Part shown: positions 48,953 through 60,006 of the stretch, piece by piece
How the letters are laid out: each line of letters opens with the position of its first letter
Numbering within the stretch: position 1 is the first letter of the stretch
DNA from: Strigamia acuminata
Lineage: Eukaryota
Direction of reading: 5' to 3'
Length of the DNA stretch: 64,000 nucleotides
Assembly: GCA_949358305.1 (NCBI GenBank)
Contig: OX442314.1
Location: 6,200,001-6,264,000, forward strand
Translations under genes and position numbers: made by a program
Notes under the pieces: generated by a model
Told to the model about the DNA's origin: nothing
The model's database searches: none
Seen by the model: the letters and a program-made list of their open reading frames with translations, nothing else

Positions 48953-49377
48953 CCGTATTACCTCACATTAAGCCGCATGCCGGTATAATTCGAGTTATAC
49001 CGGCATGCCGATAAACCTCGTTTATAACGGCATGCCGGTGTAAGTGAGTACGAATTTTTTTTTAAAGAATTTAGCCAAAACAACCAAAAAAATCATTTTT
49101 AGATGTCCAAAATGTAGGAAATTTGTATAACATTTCCCAAATTTTAGTAGTCATCTTCAGAATATCAATAAAACTTAAATTTCAGACCCAAAATTCAATA
49201 TAATTATTCATCTGGGCTCTTTAAAAAAAAAAACAAGAAAAAAAAAGTTTTTCACTTATACCGGCTTGTTTCGTTTTACATCGGCATGCCGGTATACGTC
49301 GTACACTTTTTGGACAAAATTTTAAAAACCTGCTAAACCCATGACAACGGCATGCCGCTTTATGTGAGGTAATACGG
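48953..49377. mobile_element. Tc1/mariner(pogo)-type MITE inserted at TA
   Basis: TA|ccgtattacctcacat ... atgtgaggtaatacgg|TA. The empty site is visible in the duplicate (~7831-7850, actaactaattacgagcagg). Confidence 0.9.
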
Positions 49378-50232
49378 TAGTTAGTTATAGGAAGGGTCAG
49401 ATGTAAGTTTTAAGATATGAAATTGAGGGTGAGAAGGTGGAAGATATAAACACTTCATGAGTTTGAGAAAACAAATTGAGTTTTAAAAGTTGAGATAAAA
49501 ATGCAACAAACATTGGAAAATACAAAAATAGGAAATACAAAAAATTAAGAAATATAAAAATTATGAAATATAAAAATGGCACTTGAAATAGAATTAAAAT
49601 CAATAAAACTGCATTTGAGTAAAACGCTCAGTTTTCACACAAATATTGATAAGTTTTATTTTATGCAGTATAGTACGTATTTGTTATATTTTTCATTTGT
49701 AAAATGTGCCAGAAAGTGCTGAAATTATTAAACCTTTTTGTTGGTGGTGCAAAGTTGCACAGTGGTTTCTCAAAATCAAAATAATTATTTCAAATAGAGG
49801 TATTGTAGATTCAATAAAATTTGATTGATTTTAATTTTTAAACCAATCGTAACTGTTTTTAATCCACATGTAAAAAGACAGTAATGACATTCCCAAAGCT
49901 AATCCTACAATGCTGCCGATATCGCTTAATAATTCCGACATCGGATATGCCTGTTTCTCTTCTATAGTCTCTACGAAACTATCAGCAAATCTCAACTGCA
50001 GAACGGTGATGAAAGGAACACCTGATCTCATGTCATAAAAAGATGTTTGGTAAAATGTTTTTGTGCAAGGCTCTTTACATTTGCATCTTTTTTGATTTGA
50101 ATTATAATTGTTCAAATACATAAAATGCGCATTAGTAATGTCTTCCATCTTATTGCAAACTGACAAATTAGATGTTGACATATATGGCAATCTTAAAATG
50201 CAATGGACGTTAATAAAAATTATGCTATAATG

Positions 50233-50493
50233 CAGGGGTTCCCAAACTTTTGATCATCGCGACACATTTTTAAGCAAGGCCATCTTCCGCGCCCCACTTC
50301 ATCTACCAGTGCATTAAATTTTTCGAAATTAAAATTTTTCTTAAAATTTTACATCAGTTTGCAAAAAATAATTTTAGTGCATTATTCTAGGGGGGGGAGG
50401 GGGCGTCATGTCTACAAGTTAGTTAGATTGTTACAATTGTGTTGTTGTGCCTCACCAAGAATCAGCTCGTGCCTCACAGTTTGGGAAACGCTG
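50233..50493. mobile_element. hAT MITE (CAGGGGTTCCCAAAC terminus, 8-bp TSD ctataatg)
   Basis: ctataatg|caggggttcccaaact ... agtttgggaaacgctg|ctataatg. Absent from the duplicate intron at ~6910-7000. Confidence 0.88.
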
Positions 50494-51143
50494 CTATAAT
50501 GTGATGAGCTACACTTACCTGCAATTAATCCTTTGATATAAATTGTTCTGCAAGCAAGCATTCCTACACTTTGAATAAGCGGTTTTGCTTCTTTCACAGG
50601 GATTACGCTTTGTATTTCTTCCTACAGTCTATTTCATGAAATTAAGTCAAAACACATACTTTATTCACCTTGTTTGTTACCTTAAATGTGTGTAGTGTTA
50701 CTGCATTAAACCATCCATACTTTATCATCAATGGTTCCAAAATGTTAACATCTTCTGGATTGCTCAGATAAAACTTAAAAGTATTGTAATTAAAAATATT
50801 TTTGCTCAAATTTACGAAGTTTCTGACTACTATTAAAAGTAACTTTTCCAACCCATCTACGATCCTATGTTACTAATTCCCTCTAGTGTTAATCTTTTAA
50901 ATCAAAGAACATGTGTAGAATTCTCAGTTTATATGGATTTATCATACCCATAGATGCTGGTTACATTCTTCTGGTTCTGGAGGATAAAGCCTTTGAAATA
51001 GAATGATGATTCTAGCTGTTAAGCGTCTTGATTCATCTACAAAATTAAAAGACATTAGTCCACACAAACCAAAACTGTTAAAATTTGTTTGTTTTCCTGT
51101 ACACTGCTACAAAACCTATTTTAAGTGGTAACGAAACATTAAC

Positions 51144-51631
51144 GGGTTTCATTAAATGAGCGATTATTATGATTAGTTGATAATTGCAATAATCATAATC
51201 ACTCAATTATTGAGGGCCCAACAAAAATCTGATTATGTGATTATTGCTCCGATAGGCGGAATTGTTTAAATTGTAACCTAAATACGCTGCAATTGTTTAA
51301 AAAAAACTTCCTACAAATAATAATTGCAACTACCTAACTCGTTTCATGTGTTCAATTTAATCTAAACTGAGTAGACTTTGTTATATTATGACCTTGTGTA
51401 GTTGAAGTGGGTCTGGCGCCGCCATGTTGGTTTCAGTTGAGAGAGCACTTATAATCGGCCCAAGTCAGCAGAAAATCATGGTTTGGGGTGATTGATTAGT
51501 TGCTTAGTTGCTTATTTGATGAAATGATTATTCTCGGGATTGGTTGAATCCAGTCACATGACACATCAAGTAATCGACTACGTAATCAAAATAATCAAAG
51601 TAATCAACTAATCGCTCATTTAATGAAACCC
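51144..51631. mobile_element. MITE with 23-bp TIR gggtttcattaaatgagcgatta; its counterpart in duplicate A (6189-6284) is cut by the LTR element
   Basis: The TIR pair is visible at 51144 and 51609-51631. Superfamily is uncertain. Confidence 0.7.
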
Positions 51632-52184
51632 TTTGATTTCCACTTTAGGAATTGTACAGACCTGAAGTACGAAACCAATAGGGATAATTGGATGAGCAAG
51701 GAGAATGTCTGACCTCTCAGACCATAACCTATAAACCCTTTTTTTGCTGTCAGGTCTAATGATCTCTAATGACTCTAAGTTTTGAGTATAATTCGCCTTC
51801 TGTATATTTATTGTAAGCGTTTAATTAACACTCAATTATCAGATGATTCTTGCTAATGATAATGAACCAATAACCCTAAGCTTTGTAGAAGACACTTTGA
51901 TGCTTACAAGGTTCTTATTTGGGTGCACAAGAATTAAATGTAGACAGACAGAAGCAAAAATACTTATACTCTAGCTCACTATAAGGTTGGCCTTTCTCCC
52001 ATTGGCCGAGTCTCTTTACTCCTAACTGGAGACTGTGTACTACCACCAGGAAAATTAGTTTCGGTTTTTTTTCATTTTTGTGATTATTATATGTACAAGT
52101 AATGATTATACAGTAATGGTTTTATTTTAATTGTATTTTATAATAAAATGTTTTTCCATTAATAAAATACAGTTTTATGCTGCT

Positions 52185-52760
52185 TTAATTCAACACAGTG
52201 ATCGTTTGGCCACCGTGGCTACCCATGGTGACCCACGTCACTCCACACACTGCTCTCTGGCCCCTGGTCACCCTCTCCTGTGAGGTAGACTGACCCAGTG
52301 GGGAAGGAGAGAGCTGAGTGGTGTGGGGAAAGAGAGGGTGAGAGAGACAGAGAAAGAGTTTGGACAGCACAGGGTGAGGACGTGTGCTCTTGAGGTCCCT
52401 CAGCCAGGCTGGGCAGTGCAGTGTCCCAGTTGACTGCTCTTCTGCCATTCATCACTGTGACGCTCAGTGACAGGTAGATGTTCCTGTTGCAGCCTCCATG
52501 AGCGGTTACATGGGCTGTTAGGTAAGTAACCACAGCAGAATGACTTATGCCAACTGACCACGTCACTCACGGGCAAACCACCCTGTGAGTGATGGGACGG
52601 TTGTAGGTGTGGTGTGCCCTTTGGCACCAGCACGGGTGATGGGTACTCCGACCCCTAGACAACGGATTAAAGGCCAAAACCAACAATCCGGAGGCTCTGT
52701 CTCCATTATTATGTGAAGGTCCGGTCCCACCCAGGGCAATCAATCCCCAGATTGCCGTGA
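52185..52760 (-). repeat. GC-rich interspersed repeat related to 8449-9050
   Basis: Collinear shared blocks on the reverse strand. Confidence 0.65.
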
Positions 52761-53701
52761 GAGAGACGACCTGTCACAACACATGTTTGTTCAGTTTATT
52801 GATTGCATTGTCAAGAAAGAACACAGTTTTGAATTTTTTGCCGGTACCTAGGCAATCGATTACAATAGGTGCATTCAATTCTAAAGAGTTTTCCCCGTTT
52901 TCCCCGTTTTTGTCGTTTTCGCCGTTTTCCCACACCGGATGTAGACGCATTTGACGTCACATTTCGAAAATCGGTTTTTTCGAAAACCGTTTTTGTGAAA
53001 ACCAGAATTTCGTGGTTTTCGCGTGTTTCAAATCGTTTTCCCGGGCCGCCATTTTGTTTTCGAATAGATCAGCGGTGAAAGCACATACAAAAAGGCAGTG
53101 TTGTATCGAACGAGAACTAATAGTTCGCGTTCGCGAACTTAGTTCGTAGTTCGCGAACTACGAACGCGAACTAGTTCCCCGTTTTGAAAGAACGTGAAAA
53201 ACGAACGAAGTTTGTTTTTTTGACGCGAACTACGTTCTAGTTCAGTTCTCGTTCGTTCACCGAACGTTTTATGTCACAGCCAATCATTGACGATTTCTTT
53301 TCTATTGTTTTGGCGGATTTGGCGGATTTGCAACAATAGTTTTCCATTCAATTCCCTTTCGTAATCGTGTTTTCCGAGATCTTTTATCGCACTAATATGG
53401 AAGCTGAAGCTGTGGAGTTAACCGAAATTCGTAAGAAACCAGTAATGTCTGAATGGTTTGAGTGATTAACACTTCGTAAATATTTACATGGTAGAAAACT
53501 TGCGGATTGTTATAGAAAAGATTCCATTAAAAAAAAAATGGTTTCGAGTAAATTTTCTAGTAAAATTCCAACAAAAAACTTGCACGACAAAATCCATTGA
53601 AAAAGAGAGATAGAATTATACGTCAAAATGTGCACGAAAATTTGGATCCAGGATCGCGATACCGTTGGAAAATAATAAAATAAAAGAATGAACCAATCAA
53701 A

Positions 53702-54556
53702 CCGGGTCAGATCGTTTAGTCGACGGTCGTTTAGTCGACAAGTCACATAAAGCGATCATTTTGTCGACAAGCCGTTTTGTCGACAAACGTTTAGTCGACG
53801 AAATTGTTTAGGTCGATTAGTCGACCAACTGCTTGGTGCCGTCTTGTCGACGGTACATTTTGTCGACGCACGTTTTGTCGACGTAACAGTTTGTCGACGC
53901 ACGTTTTGTCGTTGTTTCGGTGTGTCACAGAGTGTGTCAAGGAGAAACCAAGGCCACACATGACGCGTGGTGTTGTTAGAAAGATGTGTTACTTTGTAGG
54001 CATTTGTGGCCAATATTCTTTCCTAGCGGCCTTTTGTTGGCTGAACGTTGTCACTTTTAATATGTGGAGACATTTTCATCCACTACGAATTTTCCATTCA
54101 ACTCCTCGTGCATCAAATTTCAAGTTTGCATTCCAATCACTGTACGCGTGGATGGTACCAGCTTTGATTCTAATCGCATCCAATCTGCTGATTTTTGTAA
54201 ATGCTCCAGTTGTTGATAGTCACAACGCATTTTGTTTTATATCTATGTACAATACAGCAACAAAGCCCAGTTGCTTTTTCATAATGGCGGCGAATTTTAT
54301 ACATTACTAGTTAATGTTGTTTTAGTAATTATTACTTTCTACAATTTGTGACGGTTTGTGTTTTTAGTTTACATGAAAATAATCGTCTCATTTCACATAC
54401 TATTACACTTTTCACTTAGTCGACGCCGTTTAGTCGACGCCGTTTAGTCGACTAGGTCACTTAGTCGACAATACTCGTCGACTAAGTGACCTTGTCGACT
54501 AAACGGCGTCGACAAAACGGCGTCGACTAAGTGAAAGTCGACTAAACAACCCGGCT
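53702..54556. mobile_element. MULE-like element with gtcgac-rich subterminal arrays and a 9-bp flanking direct repeat ccaatcaaa; innermost element
   Basis: ccaatcaaa|ccgggtcagatcgtttagtcgac ... gtcgactaaacaacccggct|ccaatcaaa. The TIR is imperfect. Confidence 0.65.
53975..54310 (+). pseudogene. Fragment of a Methuselah-like / secretin-family GPCR (TM3-TM5)
   Basis: CYFVGICGQYSFLAAFCWLNVVTFNMWRHF...FAFQSLYAWMVPALIL...CFI matches the Mth-like TM3 (Y-FLA-F-WLNV--F-W--F) and TM4 (SLYAW--P) motifs. Confidence 0.75.
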
Positions 54557-56085
54557 CCAATCAAACGCGTGTTAAACGTATTAACGACGTCGACAATACA
54601 TTCCAGTTGTATTTAACGACTGTTTACATGCAAATCAAATCATTAATTCTTTCAATCATTCGACATGCCGTACAGGAAATCAACAACCAGTCTTGAGGAA
54701 TTATGTTTGCTTACAATCATTACTAAAATAAAAATTTGAATTCGTAAAAAAATATTTGTAAAATGAACTGAACTAGAACTGAACCAGAACTGAACTAGAA
54801 CTTAGTTCACTTGGAGTTTTTGGGAGTGAACGGGAACTAGAACTAGTTCCCTAAATTGAAAACGGTGATGAACGCGAACTAGAACTAGTTCGCGATTTAG
54901 TGAACGAGATACAACACTGCAAAAAGGTAAGTTTATTTAATTTATTTGTGTCTTTAATATTCATTTAATAACGATAAAATGCGGCCGGAGCTAGCCTTCA
55001 TTTGCGCTATCGAATGCGGTCTAATTTCGGGCGCATTTGCGCCGTCGAATGCGGCCAAAGTTCGGGCGCATTTGCGCCGTCGAATGCGGCCAAATTTCGG
55101 GCGCATTTGCGCGATCGAATGCGCTCAATTTTCGACTGATTTCCTGTTCTTAAATGAATAATAATAATACCTTATAATACCTATTAATGTGCAGACTGAG
55201 CATGCTCCGTGGCTGTTGAAACCTGTTGACAGCTGTTGGTAATAACGCTGCTCAATGTTAAAAACCGTTTTCATCGTTTTCGGAAAACGATGAAAAACAG
55301 TTTTTGAAAGCTATTTTAGAATTGAATGCACCTAATGTCTACACCGAATGCAATACTGGTGTTTTGGTCTATTTTTTGTATCACTACACAAGTGAAATGG
55401 CTTGGCCAATGGGAGAAATTGTTATTTTTGAAATTGTCAAACTTGGCGCTGCTGTTGTGACAACATTCGACCAATCAGATTTTACAACATGCACCTTTAA
55501 TTGCATGCTAGTAAAAACTTAAAAGTACTATGGAAAATACCAAGTAGAAGGGCTTTCGATTAAATTGTGAGAAGCCAACTTAAAGTTATGATGAGATTTC
55601 AAAGGGGCAAACGAAATTATAGTAAAATACTGGTACCTGCATTTATTTGTGAACAATGGCCAAACGGAAGTGGAATAAGATTTTTTGTGATGTCTAGTGT
55701 TGCTTTAAATCCAGTAATTTGCTAAAAGTATAAAATAACTGCATAATTATTTTCGAGAATGTTTTAATACTATTACCCGAATTGTATCATCATTGATATT
55801 AATTGTTTCATGCACATTTAGTGAATTCCATATATCTTCCAATGACAATTTCTCATTGAACAATTGCCAGGGCGATGTGTGTTTGCAGGTTTCGTTTGTC
55901 TTTAATCTGGCTTTTTTCCTCTCAGCCGTAAAATTTTCACCGCAAACAGTGACAGAAGGAAATTTGATAATCTGCCGTTGAACTATACTAACGACTTTAG
56001 TTGCAGGGTCATCAATGTAGTGGTTTAAACGCATTTGCAACAAAAATAAAGTAAATCCTGTGCTAACTATTACCAGTATTAACTC

Positions 56086-57676
56086 TGTGACGATTACCTT
56101 CTGGAGATAGCAATTGCTAAACTAAAGTGTGAACTATCTGTGTGAAAATGTAAAATATGCAAACCTGATGTTTTCTCAAAACATATAACATTTATTCCGG
56201 TTTGAACCTTATATAAATACTATGCCTACAAGTGGCTAAAATGACGATAAGTTAAACTATACAGTTATTTGGCAAAAGCCCTGAAATAATATCATTTGAA
56301 GGCTTCAGTCAGGCAATAAGAATTTGTAACGGTCTTATTGCTGTGACGTAAAAGATGTCATCTATGAATGGCTTTGGTTTCTAAATGGTCCGGGGTTTGG
56401 TTCTAAAAAGGCGTGTAAATGGTTAGGCTGGGTGGGTTATATCCGAGAGGTGCGGTTGACTTTTCTGTATCGTCACACACATCGCATCGCAGATAATTAT
56501 TGTAATCAATAATTATCGCGAGATGTAACAATGTGAGAATAAATAGTCATATTAATTCTATGGAATTAATCATGATATTTTAGAGTCACAAACTTAACTT
56601 AAACTGTGAAAATAAGTAAAATATATTAAAATAGCGCCGAGCTATTTTTTGCCCCGAGTGCAATCAACATCTAAGTTAGACTTAAATGTTCCGTCAAACC
56701 AATAACGAATTGAATCGAAATATCTCGCAGGAAAGGTTATCCATCGCCGGGAAATTACTCCACTCGGTCCTGGCTGGCGGGAGAGTAACCGGGAAATTAC
56801 TCCGCGTCGATTACTCTGATAATGCGTCTGTGAAATATAAATACTCCACTCTAGATTCTACATTACCAATGCGTCTGTGAATTTTACTCCACTCTAGATT
56901 CTGCACTCTACAACGGAATGTTGGCATGAAGCTGGAGGGAGTGCGTCTGTGGGTTGTACCCCACTCTAGATACTACACTTAAATGTGTCTGTGAATTACT
57001 CACTCTAGTTACTACATTTCTACAACGGAATGTTGGCATGAAGAGGCGGGCAGTGTGTCTGTGAGTCTTCTACCCACTCTAGATACTTACACTAAATACA
57101 AAGTATTTCTACAACGGATTGTCGGAACGCAGAGAAGTATAATATGTGCTCAAGTAATATCAGTATCAAACAAAAACAGAACAAGAGCGAGCTATATCCG
57201 TTTTGCAGGGGGATATATACTCGGTGAGGAGAATAGCTGTTCAGTGATCCAATGGGATCACTGGGCAGTCAAATCCATCCAATCCCAGATCATAGGAAGT
57301 GGATACTCAGGACATAGTCTTCTACTAGGTCCACTACAGGAACTGGATACGCAGGACACATTTTGGATTAAGTCCCTTTGACTATAATCCAAAAGGAGTC
57401 CAACTCACAGTGGGTGATGGGGGGTGACTTCACCAGGTGTAGAGTTTGCACATAATTCAATAGAATTATGTGACAAATAAATCAACTAGTTTTTAAACAT
57501 CCAAAAGTATTTAAAAGTGTCTAAAGTTGCAGTGGAATAAAATATAAATAGTAATTTATATTTTATTCACTCAAAAATTGTCGAAATTTGAATTTACCGC
57601 TAAAACGCATCAGCGCCATCTATTGGTGAAGTAATCGTCCTATACTAACAAAGTGTATGACAGTGTAACCGTCACA
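56086..57676 (-). repeat. 3' LTR (~1.6 kb) of a Gypsy element
   Basis: tgtgacgat ... accgtcaca termini. Polypurine tract (minus strand aagggggact) immediately adjacent at 57677-57686. Host coding sequence resumes at 56085. Confidence 0.85.
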
Positions 57677-58338
57677 AGTCCCCCTTAAATATATGTTAAT
57701 ACCTGTATTAACATACTATTTATTCCGAATATCTTGAGGATCAAGACCACACTGTCATCTATGGAACTGGAGCTGTAATCCTTGGTAAGTAAAAACCTTT
57801 ATTTTATATCTTAATAGTATAAATAAAGAGTATTTCTTAATCAAATGCTTCAAAAAATATTTATTAGGGTTATAAAACTTTCAATTATCAATAATAACTT
57901 CCATCTCTCTTTACAGGTGGACTTACAACTGCATCAAGAAAAAGGCGATAACTTAAACTAACATCAAACTCTTGTACCAAACAAATGATTAATAAAATTT
58001 AACAATTATTTTCACAAAACTTAACTTCTCACTGGAAATATAATGATTTGCAAAATAACACTTTACACGTTAAAATTCAAGTATTAAAATTAGTATTCAT
58101 ATAAACAAACTCACATTGACTCGTAATCAAAATTTTAACAGAATGGTTAATTTAAATATTAAAGATCTTTGAATTATTCACAAAAAAAATGGCATAAAAT
58201 ACACCTAAACCTGACTAAATCTTTGTTTCATCTCGGGTCAAGCAATGGAGATGGAGAAAATGGACTCGTTACTTCTGGTCTTGCCTTGAAAAGGGAAAAT
58301 ATCGGGAAAGTAACGGATCCCGACATCGTTGACGCTTT

Positions 58339-60006
58339 CTAGTCCAACTCTTCATCCTCAATAAATCCTTCCATGGATGTAACAACTTCCGAGACGGCTG
58401 CGGGTGGAGAATTAAGTTGAATAGTTACCAATTCCGGTACTACATCTGGCTCAACGTCATGGGCCAGTGGGTTCAGGAGCATTCTGTGTTGTTCCTCGGT
58501 GAATACTTCCAGGGGATCAGGCCCTCCTAACGGAATGGTGTTAGCGCTGGTTGGCTCGGAAAAAACCAAGTGATGGTCGGGTAAGCCGGAGTGCCATCCC
58601 TCACGAATCAACGGGTGTGCTGCTGCTGAGACCTGTTGCAAAATCTTACACCAAATAAAAGAGCGAGTTTGAAAAGATTCCGGCCGGGATGGATGAAAAA
58701 TCCATTGGATCACGGCCAGTGGCACGCTCAAATCTGGAATTCGGTCGTTTGAAATCGACATGCTAATACGCTTAGCTGCTTCCAATAAAATTGGGAAATA
58801 ATGTTCCACTTCTGCCTTCGTTTGTTCCGTGAGTGACATGTCTGGTCTCGGCATATATGGGTGGACCAGTAAAATAACCGGTTCAGCGGCGTTGTTTACT
58901 TCGGGGAGCGGAATAGTCGCTACAATCATGTTGTTAGTCGATGTTCCCTCTGGAGAAGCGGCGGCTTTTGGACCAGACTCAGAGGCAACCGGCGGAGAAT
59001 CCGACGCAATAACTGACGTTGGTTCGTTCGTTGGGAGTTTTTCCGCCGAGACAACCGGAGTTCCATCAATCGCAGGGGTGGGAGTTTCCGGCTCGCGTTG
59101 TGGCTCCGTAAATCCTCCTCGTGGAGTCGAGGTGCTGGACATTTGCGCCGGGTCTACATAAATAGCCTGCTCCGGGCCCTGGTGGATGAGGCCACATTCG
59201 CGACACATCGCCCAATTGCGTGCTGTCGGCGTACTTAGCCCCTTGACGATAAATGGAAGAATTTCTTCATTCCACATGCTGGATATGGCAACGCGTTTAC
59301 CACCGTGACAGTTCACGCAGACTACGGCGTGAATGCCGGATAACAAGGACGACAACCATCCGCATCCTGCGCACAATGGGCAGAACATAAGTTTCGACTT
59401 TGGCATGATGTTAGTCCCCAAGGCGGCAGCTTCCATATCTCGAAATACGTGTTCTCTTCGCTGTTTCCGGTAACTTGGCAAATTTAGCTCCGATATCGAG
59501 CGAGCCTGCGATGTTGGGCGGGTCAGCGCTTCGGATGAAGATGCCAACGTGGACTTGGTGGGTCCTTTGGGCTTGCCGGTTTTGCCTCGACTAGCGGTAT
59601 CGCGAGGATTTCGTGGTCGGGCAAACTGCCTGCTGGTGGACTGAGGTGGAGCTTCTTCAACCGATTCTTCTTCTTGTGAGAAGTCATCTTGGCGTCGCCT
59701 CCTTGAAGCAGAACGGGAGTATTGTGACGAGTCGTCAGAAAAATCCCAATTCGGAGTCTCGTGGGGCGCATCATAGGTTACGACACGCTGAATAGCTTGA
59801 CGGCCTCTGGAAGGACGCGAGTCGTTCGGACTGACGCCCATGGCGGTCCGAATCCGTGGCGGTACGAGATCCGGGTTATCACGAGCCCAGTTGGCGACGA
59901 GCTCGGGGTCAGAGGAGGGATTAACAAAGCGATAATCCGTCTCTTCCGACTCTTCTGGATCCCAGTGCACGTATTGTCGCTTGCTAGCGCGACCTCGGCG
60001 ACTCAT
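58339..60006 (-). CDS. Accessory ORF (555 aa) of the Gypsy element with clustered Cys motifs; function unknown
   Basis: Intact ATG-to-stop ORF between pol and the PPT. Contains CPLCAGCG, HAVVCVNCH and CRECGLIH, with a basic N-terminus and acidic C-terminus. No signal peptide or TM segment is evident. Confidence 0.8.
   Translation of the reverse strand: MSRRGRASKRQYVHWDPEESEETDYRFVNPSSDPELVANWARDNPDLVPPRIRTAMGVSPNDSRPSRGRQAIQRVVTYDAPHETPNWDFSDDSSQYSRSASRRRRQDDFSQEEESVEEAPPQSTSRQFARPRNPRDTASRGKTGKPKGPTKSTLASSSEALTRPTSQARSISELNLPSYRKQRREHVFRDMEAAALGTNIMPKSKLMFCPLCAGCGWLSSLLSGIHAVVCVNCHGGKRVAISSMWNEEILPFIVKGLSTPTARNWAMCRECGLIHQGPEQAIYVDPAQMSSTSTPRGGFTEPQREPETPTPAIDGTPVVSAEKLPTNEPTSVIASDSPPVASESGPKAAASPEGTSTNNMIVATIPLPEVNNAAEPVILLVHPYMPRPDMSLTEQTKAEVEHYFPILLEAAKRISMSISNDRIPDLSVPLAVIQWIFHPSRPESFQTRSFIWCKILQQVSAAAHPLIREGWHSGLPDHHLVFSEPTSANTIPLGGPDPLEVFTEEQHRMLLNPLAHDVEPDVVPELVTIQLNSPPAAVSEVVTSMEGFIEDEELD

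Larger units (their letters stand above)
53096..54919. mobile_element. hAT non-autonomous element (CAGTGTTGTATC TIR, TSD caaaaagg); middle element of the nest
   Basis: caaaaagg|cagtgttgtatc ... gatacaacactg|caaaaagg. Confidence 0.9.
52867..55333. mobile_element. TIR element (AGGTGCATTCAATTCTAAA termini, 3-bp TSD aat); outer element of a nest
   Basis: aat|aggtgcattcaattctaaa ... tttagaattgaatgcacct|aat. Internal gaatgcggcc repeats at 54980-55125. Confidence 0.82.
49831..56085 (-). pseudogene. DEG/ENaC paralog B: domain-2-like exons, coding exon interrupted by the Gypsy LTR at 56085/56086
   Basis: 56085-~55770 encodes ELILVIVSTGFTLFLLQMRLNHYIDDP..FPSVTVC, homologous to the second TM1 of the tandem gene. 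Further exons at ~55722-55637, 51037-50949, ~50773-50681, ~50627-50518 and ~50191-49831 (TM2 LLSDIGSIVGLALGMS). Confidence 0.75.

Noticed and set aside
4276..57676. The two LTRs as ends of one giant element enclosing the gene block
   Set aside because: They share only terminal motifs, differ internally and in length, and their PBS and PPT face outward, so they belong to two separate elements.
58339..60006. env gene
   Set aside because: No signal peptide, furin site plus fusion peptide, or C-terminal TM anchor is recognisable.
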